A program made the translations under genes and the position numbers. From Chloroflexota bacterium (GTDB taxonomy: Bacteria; Chloroflexota; Anaerolineae; UBA1429): 64,000 nt of DNA. The stretch lies in assembly GCA_012719135.1 (NCBI GenBank), contig JAAYAW010000003.1:819-64818 (forward strand), read 5' to 3'. Below, piece after piece: positions 8,166 through 16,737 of this stretch. The notes beneath the pieces were generated by a model. The model was not told the origin of the DNA, made no database searches, and saw nothing but the letters and a program-made list of their open reading frames with translations. The stretch's first letter is position 1. Each line of letters opens with the position of its first letter.

Positions 8166-9770
8166 CTAGGCCGTCAACTGCGCGCGGACGAGCCCTGAAC
8201 GCACGTCCACCCACAACCCGCCGGTGATCTCGTCCCCATTGCGCCAGTGGCGGGCCTTCCAGTCTCCCTGCGCGTCGAACCCACCCTCCTCCACGAGGCA
8301 AAAGTCCGGCAGATCCTCGTTCATCAACGAGGCCGCCATGGAGGGGGTCAACTCGGCATCGGGAGCGGGCTTGCGCTTGAATGTCACCCGGAAAGGTCCA
8401 CCGGCCAGGTAGAACTCGCGTTCGCCGGTTTGGATGATCAGACCTCTGGCTCGATCGAAACCCTCGGGGCCGCCGCGCCGGGGGTAAAGGTAGCCGCGCG
8501 GGTAGGGCATGTCCGAATCGGCATAGCGTACAAAGGCGAGATAGTCGCCGACTTCCAGATATTGGCCCATGGCATGCTCTTCCTGCACCACCGTGTGGAT
8601 TCTGCCGGTGCCTTGGTACTTGAGCAGCAAGGGTATGGCCTCGCGGGCTACCCGGAAGCTCTCGGCTACCTCTCGTGATTCCGGACGGAGCATTCCCTCT
8701 TCATCGAGCATGCTTTCGACGCCGAAGCAAAAGTAACCGATCGCGTCAAAGGTGCCGAGGGCGTAGAACATCGTCCGGGCGTTAGGGCCGCGGGAGCCCG
8801 ATTCCGGCACAAAGAAGGGGTTGTCCTCCCGGGCATAGTGCCGGCACTCAAAGAGGTAGCTCTCGGTCGCCGCCGAGTAGATGTCCGGTGCGATGATGTC
8901 GATGTGCGGCGTGAGCCACTTGAACAGGTCCAGCACCCGGGTCACGGCGCCACCGGACGGATAGTCCCCGGCGAGCCGGTGCCCACCCTCTCCCAGCCAG
9001 ACGTTGATCGTCATGGGTACGTTATGGATGGCTTTCCCCGCGGCGGCCAGACTGTCAATGTACCGGGCGATCTGCCAGGCCGTCATGAACTCGCCGGCCC
9101 GCCATCCGAACGTCTCCGGCCAGTTGCCGCCCTCCCTCGCTCCCGCTTCCTTCCAGGCCGTGTGCACTGGCGTATCCGGATGTGCGGCGACGAGTGCGAT
9201 CAACTCGCTCGGGACCGCACTGTGGAAGGTCGCCGTGGACTCGGCGCTGTAATCCCGATCACACCCAAGGATGCCGGGTTCGTTCTCCACCTGCACTGCG
9301 ATGATGGTTTGCTCCTCTGCATCTCGCTCGCGGATGGCTTGCATCAGTGCGGAAAAGGCGCGCTCGTCCGCCCGGCGGCTCTCCTCGCACTGCGACGAGA
9401 GCACCGGGATGGTAAAGCCGGCCGGGGCCACTACGCGGCGGAAGCGATCGGGGGCAGTCTTGACCCAGTTGGGCGTGTACTCCATCTGGCCGTTCTTCCA
9501 GGTGCCGAACCAGAGTGGAATCAGCCGGAGGCCCCGGGAGCGGCAGCCCTCCAGAAGCTCGTCCAGCACGGCAAAGTCGAACCGCCCCTCCTCAGGCTCG
9601 ATCTGAGACCAGTAGATGGGCACCTCGATGGCGTTCCCCCCCAATACCTCCAGTGCTTTGAAGGCCTGCTGTAACTCGGACAGGTTGTATCCGCTGGAGT
9701 TGTGCACCTGTCCGCCCAGAGGGAAGAAGGGCTCTCCGTTGACCCGAAAGACTCGCCTCACTGTGTGCAT
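8166..9770 (-). CDS. Glycoside hydrolase, GH35/GH42-like beta-galactosidase superfamily TIM barrel with a C-terminal beta-domain
   Basis: VNGEPFFPLGGQVHNSS...IEVPIYWSQIEPEEGRFDF...GLRLIPLWFGTWKNG matches the GH35-type N-terminal pattern. I chose the start at ATG 9770 with AGGAGG RBS. Confidence 0.55.
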   Translation of the reverse strand: MHTVRRVFRVNGEPFFPLGGQVHNSSGYNLSELQQAFKALEVLGGNAIEVPIYWSQIEPEEGRFDFAVLDELLEGCRSRGLRLIPLWFGTWKNGQMEYTPNWVKTAPDRFRRVVAPAGFTIPVLSSQCEESRRADERAFSALMQAIRERDAEEQTIIAVQVENEPGILGCDRDYSAESTATFHSAVPSELIALVAAHPDTPVHTAWKEAGAREGGNWPETFGWRAGEFMTAWQIARYIDSLAAAGKAIHNVPMTINVWLGEGGHRLAGDYPSGGAVTRVLDLFKWLTPHIDIIAPDIYSAATESYLFECRHYAREDNPFFVPESGSRGPNARTMFYALGTFDAIGYFCFGVESMLDEEGMLRPESREVAESFRVAREAIPLLLKYQGTGRIHTVVQEEHAMGQYLEVGDYLAFVRYADSDMPYPRGYLYPRRGGPEGFDRARGLIIQTGEREFYLAGGPFRVTFKRKPAPDAELTPSMAASLMNEDLPDFCLVEEGGFDAQGDWKARHWRNGDEITGGLWVDVRSGLVRAQLTA

Positions 9771-9902
9771 GTTGTTCCTCCTGCTGGATATCGCATACAT
9801 GGTACACGTGCGCGCAACGGCTGGCAACGACGTTAGCCGATTGACAGCCGCTTCCCCTATGACTTATAGTCTACAGAGTCGACACATGCTTGCGGAGGAC
9901 CC

Positions 9903-10646
9903 ATGACGGACACGGCATCCAGCGCCCCGGGCGGCTTGCCATATCGTGAACAGCTGGAGGGGCACCTTCAGTCGCTCCTCGGTGAGGCGCTGCCGGAGGC
10001 GCTCGAGCGCATCGACCTGGCGGCTCTGAACTTTCTCGTGAGCGGGATGGGCCTTGGGCGCTGCATTCTCGACATCGAGCAGGTGAGCCAGGATCTCGCC
10101 GGGCTTCTCCCGCTGACCGATCCCGAGTCCGTTGAGGACGCGATCGTCGTGCGCGAGTCCACTGTGCGAGCGATGGAGTACATCGGCCAGATCCTCGCAC
10201 TGCTGCGTGATTGGATTCGCTCCCCTGAGATGACCCCTTCGCACACCAACAGCATCATTCGCGAGTTGTTCCATGGCCTCAACAACATCTTTGTGGGCAT
10301 CAACTGCTACGCGGAGCTGCTGTTGATGGAGCTTCGTGAAGGGGACTCGGCCTACTTTGAGCTGCGCACGGTCCTGGAGACGGGCGGCGAGGCGGCGCGC
10401 CTCGTACGGGATCGGGCGACGCTCCAGCGTCTGCTCAACGAGACCGAGGAGGCCACCCCATCGCAGCGCTCGCAGCGCGAGCGCGACGTCCTGGCCATGC
10501 TCATCGATGGGCTCTGCGCCAACGAGAGCGATCCGCTCGTGGGGCCGCGGCGCTACCGCCAGGAAGAGCTCGAGGTCTACGCTGGGAAGCTTCCCCCGGT
10601 GGAGGCGCGCGTACTCCGTGAGGCGGCCAGGCGGATGGCGCTCTAG
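9903..10646 (+). CDS. Hypothetical protein with a histidine-kinase-like dimerisation/phosphoacceptor motif (HisKA_2/HWE-like) and no ATPase domain
   Basis: The central segment SIIRELFHGLNNIFVGINCYAELLLMEL resembles the E-x-x-H-R-x-K-N-x-L H-box of HisKA_2 kinases. I see no HATPase_c motifs (N, G1, G2). Confidence 0.4.
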   Translation: MTDTASSAPGGLPYREQLEGHLQSLLGEALPEALERIDLAALNFLVSGMGLGRCILDIEQVSQDLAGLLPLTDPESVEDAIVVRESTVRAMEYIGQILALLRDWIRSPEMTPSHTNSIIRELFHGLNNIFVGINCYAELLLMELREGDSAYFELRTVLETGGEAARLVRDRATLQRLLNETEEATPSQRSQRERDVLAMLIDGLCANESDPLVGPRRYRQEELEVYAGKLPPVEARVLREAARRMAL

Positions 10647-10661
10647 CAGGCGTAGCGGAAG

Positions 10662-11342
10662 CTAGTCCGCCACGGCCAGCAAGTAGCCCACGCCCGACAC
10701 GGTGACGATGAGTTCCGGTTCGCGAGGGTTGCGTTCGATCTTGCTGCGCAGCCGGCTGATGAGCCCGCGCGCCAACTCCACACTGCCCTCTCCCTCGTAT
10801 CCCCACACGCGTTCGATCAGGGTCTCCGTCGGGATCGTTTGTCCGGGGTGCGTCATCAACGTGTAGAGCAAGCGGAACTCGAGCGGCGTGAGCCGCAGAG
10901 GCTCTCTGCCGCTTACGGATATGGTGCGTGTGGCGGGGATCAGGTGGAGATCGCCGGCCTGGAGGCTGGGCAACGGGGTGAGTTCGGTGCCCACGCCCCG
11001 GCGCAGGAGCGCCCGCAACTGCGCGATGAGCAACCGTGCGCTGTAGGGCCGTGTCAGCACCTCGTCGGCGCCAGCATCGTATATGCGGCAGAGCGTATCC
11101 TCATCACGGCTGGGGGAGATGACCGCCAACGGCGCGCTGGAGATGAGCCGCAGGCGGCGTGTGGCATCTACCAGCGCCCCCGAGCGGGGCGCCGCCACGA
11201 TCAGGCTGAACTGGCCGCGTTCCAGCGTTCGGAGCGCGAGATCCAGCCGTGGAGTGCTCTGAACCGTGAGCCCTGCCCTTTGCGCTGCGAGGCCCAGGAG
11301 CGCCGTCTCATCGGCTTCTTCGCACAGGATCAGCGCCAGCAT
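10662..11342 (-). CDS. OmpR/PhoB-family winged-helix regulator with an aspartate-less (pseudo-)receiver domain
   Basis: The C-terminus LRLTPLEFRLLYTLMTHPGQTIPTETLIERVWGY...VTVSGVGY is a trans_reg_C domain. The N-terminal CheY-like fold has IVAAPRS where the canonical LLDLxMP phospho-Asp sits, and CEEADE in place of the DD pair. Confidence 0.75.
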   Translation of the reverse strand: MLALILCEEADETALLGLAAQRAGLTVQSTPRLDLALRTLERGQFSLIVAAPRSGALVDATRRLRLISSAPLAVISPSRDEDTLCRIYDAGADEVLTRPYSARLLIAQLRALLRRGVGTELTPLPSLQAGDLHLIPATRTISVSGREPLRLTPLEFRLLYTLMTHPGQTIPTETLIERVWGYEGEGSVELARGLISRLRSKIERNPREPELIVTVSGVGYLLAVAD

Positions 11343-11486
11343 GCTTCATCCTCCCTCACCCGCGTGGCTTGGTCTGTGGCGAGTATAGCGGATGCGGGGC
11401 TCCGGGCAAGCAAAAGGGGCGAGGCCCGATGCTCGAGCCTCGCCCCGACTGACGCAGACAGGACTTGCCGTCAACCTACTGACGCA

Positions 11487-11696
11487 CTACAGATCGTCGT
11501 CCCACTCCTCGTCACTCTCGTCGTCGAACTCGTCCTCGCTCTCGTCCTCCTCCCAGGGCCAGTCCAGCTCGAGGGGGTTGACGCTCACGATCTCGAGGTC
11601 GGCTTCGCAGTTGTCGCAGTACACGATGTCGCCGAGCTTGTAGTTGGGCTTTAGGAAGATATTCTGATCACAACCAGGGCATGCAGCATAAGGCAT
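11487..11696 (-). CDS. LysW-like (amino-group-carrier-protein-like) zinc-ribbon protein with a strongly acidic C-terminal tail
   Basis: The 69-aa product MPYAACPGCDQNIFLKPNYKLGDIVYCDNCEADLEIVSVNPLELDWPWEEDESEDEFDDESDEEWDDDL follows the LysW layout: CPxCx16CxxC, then E(L/I)EVV..dPL.L, then an acidic tail with Trp. I use the start at ATG 11696, preceded by AAAGGAG. Confidence 0.6.
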   Translation of the reverse strand: MPYAACPGCDQNIFLKPNYKLGDIVYCDNCEADLEIVSVNPLELDWPWEEDESEDEFDDESDEEWDDDL

Positions 11697-11962
11697 CGCT
11701 ATCGATCTCCTTTGTTCTGAGGGACCCGGGCAAGCCAAGGGCCCAAAAGTCAACTGCAGTATAGGGTTCCGCCGTGCATAATCAATAGAGTACAGATGCA
11801 AATAAGCATTGTGGAGCGGCATCAGATGTGCAGGGATAGCATGCCAGTGCGTCCGCCAGGAGCTGTGGCGCAACGGGGTAGGCTGGTCTCCTCGGATGAC
11901 GCTTCTGGCCCGCTCGGGTACACTTGCGGGGGCTCGTATATGGCGTGCGTACAGGGGGTGGT

Positions 11963-12844
11963 GTGGATAGAGCGATCACGGATCTGAACGAACTCACTGC
12001 GGAAGCCGAGCGGCTGAGCGAGGACGCGTTCGCGCGGCGGGTGGCCCTGCTGGAGGCCGCGGAGGATATCTGCGAGGTCCTCCGCCATGCGGGGTACGGT
12101 AGCCGTCCGGCTCTGAGACGGGCCCAGCGACTTGTAGGCGAACTGGAGGCCTCGAATGCGGCCTACTGTGCGCGCCTGCGCCAAGGGCTGCTCCGAGGCT
12201 CGCTCACGCCAGCCGAGCTGAGGTCCGAACTGGACCGGCTGACGGCCTATACCCCTGAGCGGAGGGCGTTGCACATCGAGCAGGAACCGGCGGACCGGCT
12301 GGTCGATGGGATCATGCGTCTGGAGCGATTCCGGGGCTCTCCCACCATCGAGGACCGCGACTTTGTCCACTTGGAGGATTCCCCCGTACGGGTTTTGCTG
12401 GATCTCATCGATCATGTGTCTCTGGCGGCGTCTGATTGTTTCTTCGATCTCGGGTCCGGCCTGGGGCGGGCGGCCCTCTTGGTGCACTGGCTTAGCGGCG
12501 TGCGGGCCCGCGGCGTCGAGGTCCAGCCCGAGTATCACGCCTTTGCCGATTCCCTGGCCGGCGAGTTCCGTCTTGAGCGGGTGCGGTTCGAGCGCGCCGA
12601 TGTCCGCGATGCGGATCTCAGCGAGGGCACGGTCTTTTACCTGTTCACGCCGTTCAAAGGGAGGATTCTGGATGCGCTCTGGGCAAAGCTGCAGCAGGAG
12701 GCCCGCTCCCGAGCGATCCGCGTCTGTACCTACGGGGCCATCAGCCTCGCCGCGGCTCGGCTGGGCTGGCTGCATGCCGCGGACGGCGACTCCCCCCACG
12801 AGTTCTCCCTCGCTGTGTGGCAGGCCGGGCCAGCCGCACGCTGA
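11963..12844 (+). CDS. Class I SAM-dependent methyltransferase, DOT1-like
   Basis: FFDLGSGLGRAALLVHWLSGVRARGVEVQPEY...TVFYLFTPFKGRILDALWAKLQQE aligns by eye to the DOT1 core (FVDLGSGVGQVVLQVAA...GVE...VIFVNNFAF). The start is uncertain, either ATG 11924 or GTG 11963. The overlapping minus ORF 11822..12799 has no recognisable domain. Confidence 0.6.
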   Translation: MDRAITDLNELTAEAERLSEDAFARRVALLEAAEDICEVLRHAGYGSRPALRRAQRLVGELEASNAAYCARLRQGLLRGSLTPAELRSELDRLTAYTPERRALHIEQEPADRLVDGIMRLERFRGSPTIEDRDFVHLEDSPVRVLLDLIDHVSLAASDCFFDLGSGLGRAALLVHWLSGVRARGVEVQPEYHAFADSLAGEFRLERVRFERADVRDADLSEGTVFYLFTPFKGRILDALWAKLQQEARSRAIRVCTYGAISLAAARLGWLHAADGDSPHEFSLAVWQAGPAAR

Positions 12845-13009
12845 TCGCCAGAGCGGCCCCTACTGGGCGGCGACATCCTTGACGCCCGGCAGCCCCAGCG
12901 CTACATTGGCGCCGCCGGTGTGGAGGGCAACGTAGCGATGCATCAACCGCCTCGAGCGGTCGGTGGCGGGGTTAGCGGCCGGGTCACGAGCCCGGTGAAG
13001 GAGGATCTG

Positions 13010-13972
13010 TTGAGAACACAAGGCATCTACTATGTCGCGCCGAACAGAGTTGAACTGCGCGAGTTTGAGCTGGGCGATCCGGACTTTAGCGAGGTGCAGA
13101 TTGAGCTCAAGGCCACGGCGCTCTGCGCCTGGGATCAGGCGCTGTACAAAGGGATCCTGCCGGCGGGGACAACCTATCCCTTCCTGCACGGCCATGAAGG
13201 TGCGGGTATCGTGCGCAAGGTAGGCGCGCGGGTCAAGGGGTTCGTCGAAGGCGACTTGGTCACCGCTATGGGGGATAACGCGGCGCTCTGGGGGCACTAT
13301 GCGAATGTGCCGCAGACGGCTCTCGCCAAACTGCGGCCCGATGTGACCGATTTCGAACACTGGCAGGCGGAGCCCGTTTCGTGCGCCATGAACGGCATCG
13401 AGTGGTGCGGCGTCGTACCCGGGGATCGCGTGGCAGTGATCGGCACGGGCTTTATGGGCCTGCTGCTGGTTCAGGGTCTGGTCCATACCGCTGCTGCCGA
13501 GGTTGTGGCGATCGAGATCAACCCGGTCCGGCTGGAGCTGGCGAAGCGGTTCGGCGCCACGCAGACGATCAACCCCCACACCGCAGAGGGCACAGAGGCG
13601 CTCGAGGCGCTGGCGGCACGCCCTTATGACATCGTTGTCGAGGCCGCGGGCACGCAGGAGGCCCTTGACTACCACTATTCCCTGTTGCGCAAGCAGGGCA
13701 GGCTCTGCATCTTTTCGTGGCACAAGGATGGCCCGCGCAGCGTGGACCTCGGGGCCTGGCACATGTCCGGCTATGAGGTCGGCAACGCTTCGCCAAGCAT
13801 CTCGCCCAACTTCTCGCGGATCTTTGCTCGGGCGGTTCCCCTCATGGAGAAGGGCGTCTTTGACCTCAAGCCTCTGGTAACTCACGTCATGTCCCCGGAG
13901 CAGGCGCCCGAGCTGTTCGAGATCGCGGCACACCAGAGCGATGGCTATATCAAGGGCGTGATCCGCTGGTAG
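13010..13972 (+). CDS. Zinc-dependent alcohol dehydrogenase (MDR superfamily)
   Basis: GHEGAGIV is the zinc-binding motif and GTGFMGLLLVQ the Rossmann motif. I chose the start at TTG 13010 after GAAGGAGG; the ORF-track start at 12920 is probably too far upstream. Confidence 0.75.
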   Translation: MRTQGIYYVAPNRVELREFELGDPDFSEVQIELKATALCAWDQALYKGILPAGTTYPFLHGHEGAGIVRKVGARVKGFVEGDLVTAMGDNAALWGHYANVPQTALAKLRPDVTDFEHWQAEPVSCAMNGIEWCGVVPGDRVAVIGTGFMGLLLVQGLVHTAAAEVVAIEINPVRLELAKRFGATQTINPHTAEGTEALEALAARPYDIVVEAAGTQEALDYHYSLLRKQGRLCIFSWHKDGPRSVDLGAWHMSGYEVGNASPSISPNFSRIFARAVPLMEKGVFDLKPLVTHVMSPEQAPELFEIAAHQSDGYIKGVIRW

Positions 13973-14010
13973 CGGTTCTGAACGCAGCCTGCAATAGGAA
14001 GGGCACCGCC

Positions 14011-15204
14011 ATGACACAAACAGGAGGGGAGCCTGTCTCCCCGGAAATCCATGCCGACGGATGCGTCACCTTTCGTCTGTGGGCGCCCGATGCGCCTGCA
14101 GTGAGCGTACGCAATACGACGGGCGGCTACGCCGATTGGCCGGGCGGAAACGAGGTGCCACTACCCCGCGATGGAGACGGCCTGTGGCAGGCCACGATCG
14201 GGCCACTTCCGCCCGAGTACTATACCTACGTGTTCGAGATCGGTGGTGTTCCGTCGCTGGATCCAGGGAACACCCTCTACATGCGTGATGGCGCCCGGTA
14301 CAGCAGCACTCTGCGGGTGCCGGGTTCGCACACCGTGTTGTACGACGTCAACCCGGTTCCTCACGGGACGCTGCACCAGGTCTGGTACGCTTCACCAACG
14401 CTTGGGATGGACCGGCGCATGTACATCTACACGCCGCCCGGGTACGAAAGAGGTACGGAGAGGTACCCGGTGCTCTATCTGTTGCACGGGGGAGGGAACG
14501 ACGAGGACGGATGGACGAGCCTCGGGCGTGCACCGCAGATCCTCGACAATCTGCTCGCTCAGGGCCTGGCGCTGCCGATGATCGTGGTGATGCCGAATGG
14601 CAATGGGCTCCTGCCGGCTTCGCCGGATTACGTGCCACTTCCGGCGGGCTGGCAGCGGCCTTCGCCGGGCACGCATATCCTCCGCTTCCCCGATAGCCTT
14701 GTGCCGGACGTGATCCCCTTCGTGGATGAGCACTACCGTACGCTCACGAGCCGTGAGGATCGCGCGATCGCAGGCCTCTCGATGGGCGGCGCTCAGACCA
14801 TGTATTGCGCCTTTCGTAACCTCGATCATTTCGCCTGGGTGGCCGTCCTTAGCGGAGGATTCCCCCTGCTGCCGGGCGCGGCCGTGGACATCCCGGCGCC
14901 GCCCCAGGCGGAGCGCCTGAGAGGGCCCGATATCACGAGGGTGGTCGATCCCGGCGTGTTTACTCAGCTGATACCCAACCTGGGCCCGGAAGCAAACAGC
15001 CGGCTGCGGCTGTTTGAACTGCAGATAGGCACGGAGGATGGGCTCATCAGCACGCACGAAGTGGTAAAGAGGCTGCTGGACGAGCGCGGCGTCCGGTACA
15101 CGCTGCGCGAGTTGGCGGGCTATGCGCACGAATGGCGTTTCTGGCGCATCGCGCTGGCGAACCTGGCTCAGCGGCTCTTCCAGCCTTCCGCCGGGGCGGC
15201 CTGA
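14011..15204 (+). CDS. Esterase, alpha/beta-hydrolase (enterochelin/feruloyl-esterase-like) with N-terminal Ig-like domain
   Basis: YPVLYLLHGGGNDEDGW and GLSMGG form the nucleophile elbow. The N-terminal about 100 aa resemble an E-set/CBM48-like domain. Confidence 0.7.
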   Translation: MTQTGGEPVSPEIHADGCVTFRLWAPDAPAVSVRNTTGGYADWPGGNEVPLPRDGDGLWQATIGPLPPEYYTYVFEIGGVPSLDPGNTLYMRDGARYSSTLRVPGSHTVLYDVNPVPHGTLHQVWYASPTLGMDRRMYIYTPPGYERGTERYPVLYLLHGGGNDEDGWTSLGRAPQILDNLLAQGLALPMIVVMPNGNGLLPASPDYVPLPAGWQRPSPGTHILRFPDSLVPDVIPFVDEHYRTLTSREDRAIAGLSMGGAQTMYCAFRNLDHFAWVAVLSGGFPLLPGAAVDIPAPPQAERLRGPDITRVVDPGVFTQLIPNLGPEANSRLRLFELQIGTEDGLISTHEVVKRLLDERGVRYTLRELAGYAHEWRFWRIALANLAQRLFQPSAGAA

Positions 15205-15224
15205 CGGCCGGCGGGCGAACGAAC

Positions 15225-15256
15225 GGGGCTCAGCCTGGTGCGCCACGCTGAGCCCC
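15225..15256. terminator. GC-rich hairpin between convergent esterase and merR-family genes (possible bidirectional terminator)
   Basis: GGGGCTCAGC, a 12-nt loop, then GCTGAGCCCC form a perfect 10-bp stem. There is no clear U-tract. Confidence 0.4.
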
Positions 15257-15267
15257 GTCTCGATCTC

Positions 15268-16584
15268 TTAGCCCTGACGCTCGATCGGGATGTAGACGTA
15301 CATCTCGGACGAAGGCTCTCCGTCATCAAAGCTCGCCGGGTACAGCTCAAGGTCGGGCCCGGAGGCTCGCCTGTAGCCGCTCGTGGGCAGCCAGATCTGG
15401 TGGGCTCGATGGTAGGTCTCGTGGATGGTGGAAAGCAGGCACGGGAAGACGGCATAGATGCGTGCCGGCACGGTCCAGCGGTTCATGCCCTCGGGGATCG
15501 CGACGGTGGGCTCTGTTGCGACACCCGCCAGGTACTCAAAGATCCCGTCGGACTCCCCCTCTGCACAGACGCCGTAGGCCGAGGCTTCGCACGCGCGAAT
15601 CGCCTCCAGTTCCGGCCAGCGCGGCTCCATCGCATTCCACATGGCGGGTATCTCGCCGTGCTCGTTCCGGCCGCGGTAGACTTGCCCCATAACCGTGAAC
15701 GTCGGTAGCGTCTTGATCTCTGGGTTCATCAGCTTTTCCTTTTCAAGAGGTGAGAGCAGATCGATCTGGTTCACCACAGGCAGTCGCACCTCGGTTAGCC
15801 AGGCTTCTGGGTCGAGCCCCTCCCGGGGCCCGTGGATGTACAGCTCCATGCTCGGCCCGGAGGCCCGGTAGCCGCCTTCGGCGGACCAACGCAGCAGGGC
15901 GGCGTAGGTCTCGGCGATCCCCTCCGGATCTCCCGGATAGAGAGCGGTGGCTGCCTCGGGCGCGGACTTCCAGGAGGTCAGTACGAGTCCCTCGGGCACC
16001 GGGCGTTGGTGCTTGCCTGCCTCGACGGGCACGCCCACCTCGACTCGCATGCCAGATCCCTCTGCGTCGGGTAGATAGCAGGCCATGGGTGGGGCGGAAG
16101 CATCAGTCCCAAAGCCGGGCAGGATCCGCCCGAGGCGCTCCAGCAACTCCCGCGTGTGACCGTAGCCGGGAATGCGGGCACGCAGCGCATGGATCTGCCG
16201 GGCTCCGATGGTCTTGAGCACCACCGGGTACTCGCTCTCGCGCCCTTCACGATCGATTCGGCGCAGCCGTGCTTCCACCCGAAGCAGCCGCGCCCGCTCC
16301 GCGCTCAAGGTTCGCTCGAGCTCGGCCCGGCGCAGCCGCAACATGCCGTGCAACTCGCCGGCTGACACCGGTTGATCCAGCAACCCGCGGATCTGTTCCA
16401 GAGTGAACCCGAGATCCTTGAGCGCCAGGATGCGGTTCAATCGCGCCAGTTGGTCCGGAGCATAGTAGCGGTAGCCAGTGTACCGATCGATCCATTCGGG
16501 CACGAGCAGCCCCAGGTCGCCATAGTAGCGCAGCGTCTTGACCGATACCTGCGCCAGACGGCTGAGATCTCCGATCTTGAGCAC
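15268..16584 (-). CDS. MerR-family transcriptional regulator with two GyrI-like effector-binding domains
   Basis: The N-terminal HTH is MLKIGDLSRLAQVSVKTLRYYGDLGLL, followed by a coiled coil. The C-terminal about 300 aa carry duplicated GyrI-like/AraC-E-binding-like segments. Confidence 0.75.
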   Translation of the reverse strand: MLKIGDLSRLAQVSVKTLRYYGDLGLLVPEWIDRYTGYRYYAPDQLARLNRILALKDLGFTLEQIRGLLDQPVSAGELHGMLRLRRAELERTLSAERARLLRVEARLRRIDREGRESEYPVVLKTIGARQIHALRARIPGYGHTRELLERLGRILPGFGTDASAPPMACYLPDAEGSGMRVEVGVPVEAGKHQRPVPEGLVLTSWKSAPEAATALYPGDPEGIAETYAALLRWSAEGGYRASGPSMELYIHGPREGLDPEAWLTEVRLPVVNQIDLLSPLEKEKLMNPEIKTLPTFTVMGQVYRGRNEHGEIPAMWNAMEPRWPELEAIRACEASAYGVCAEGESDGIFEYLAGVATEPTVAIPEGMNRWTVPARIYAVFPCLLSTIHETYHRAHQIWLPTSGYRRASGPDLELYPASFDDGEPSSEMYVYIPIERQG

Positions 16585-16737
16585 GGCCCCTCCCAGTGCA
16601 TGCTGTGTCTGCTGGCCAGCAGTACACGATCAGTCTACACCCTCCGCCAAGGGGAGAGTCAAGGGGTATTCGTGCGGGTTTCGCACATTTGATGAGGGAT
16701 GTATCGGCCCGGGGTGCTTGCCGCAGAGTTGGCGAGA

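Noticed and set aside
11487-11696. Calling the LysW-like gene a lysine-biosynthesis lysW
   Set aside because: No lysX/lysZ/lysY/lysJ/lysK neighbours are present, and the C-terminus ends ...DDDL rather than the canonical terminal Glu. I kept it as 'LysW-like' only.
11822-12799. 325-aa minus-strand ORF overlapping the DOT1-like methyltransferase
   Set aside because: The + frame carries an unmistakable SAM-binding DxGxGxG motif and a DOT1-like core. The minus frame is an Arg/Pro/Gly-rich antisense artefact.
12860-14017. 385-aa minus-strand ORF overlapping the Zn-ADH gene
   Set aside because: The + frame has the GHEGAG and Rossmann motifs of an MDR alcohol dehydrogenase. The minus frame has no domain and an antisense-like composition.
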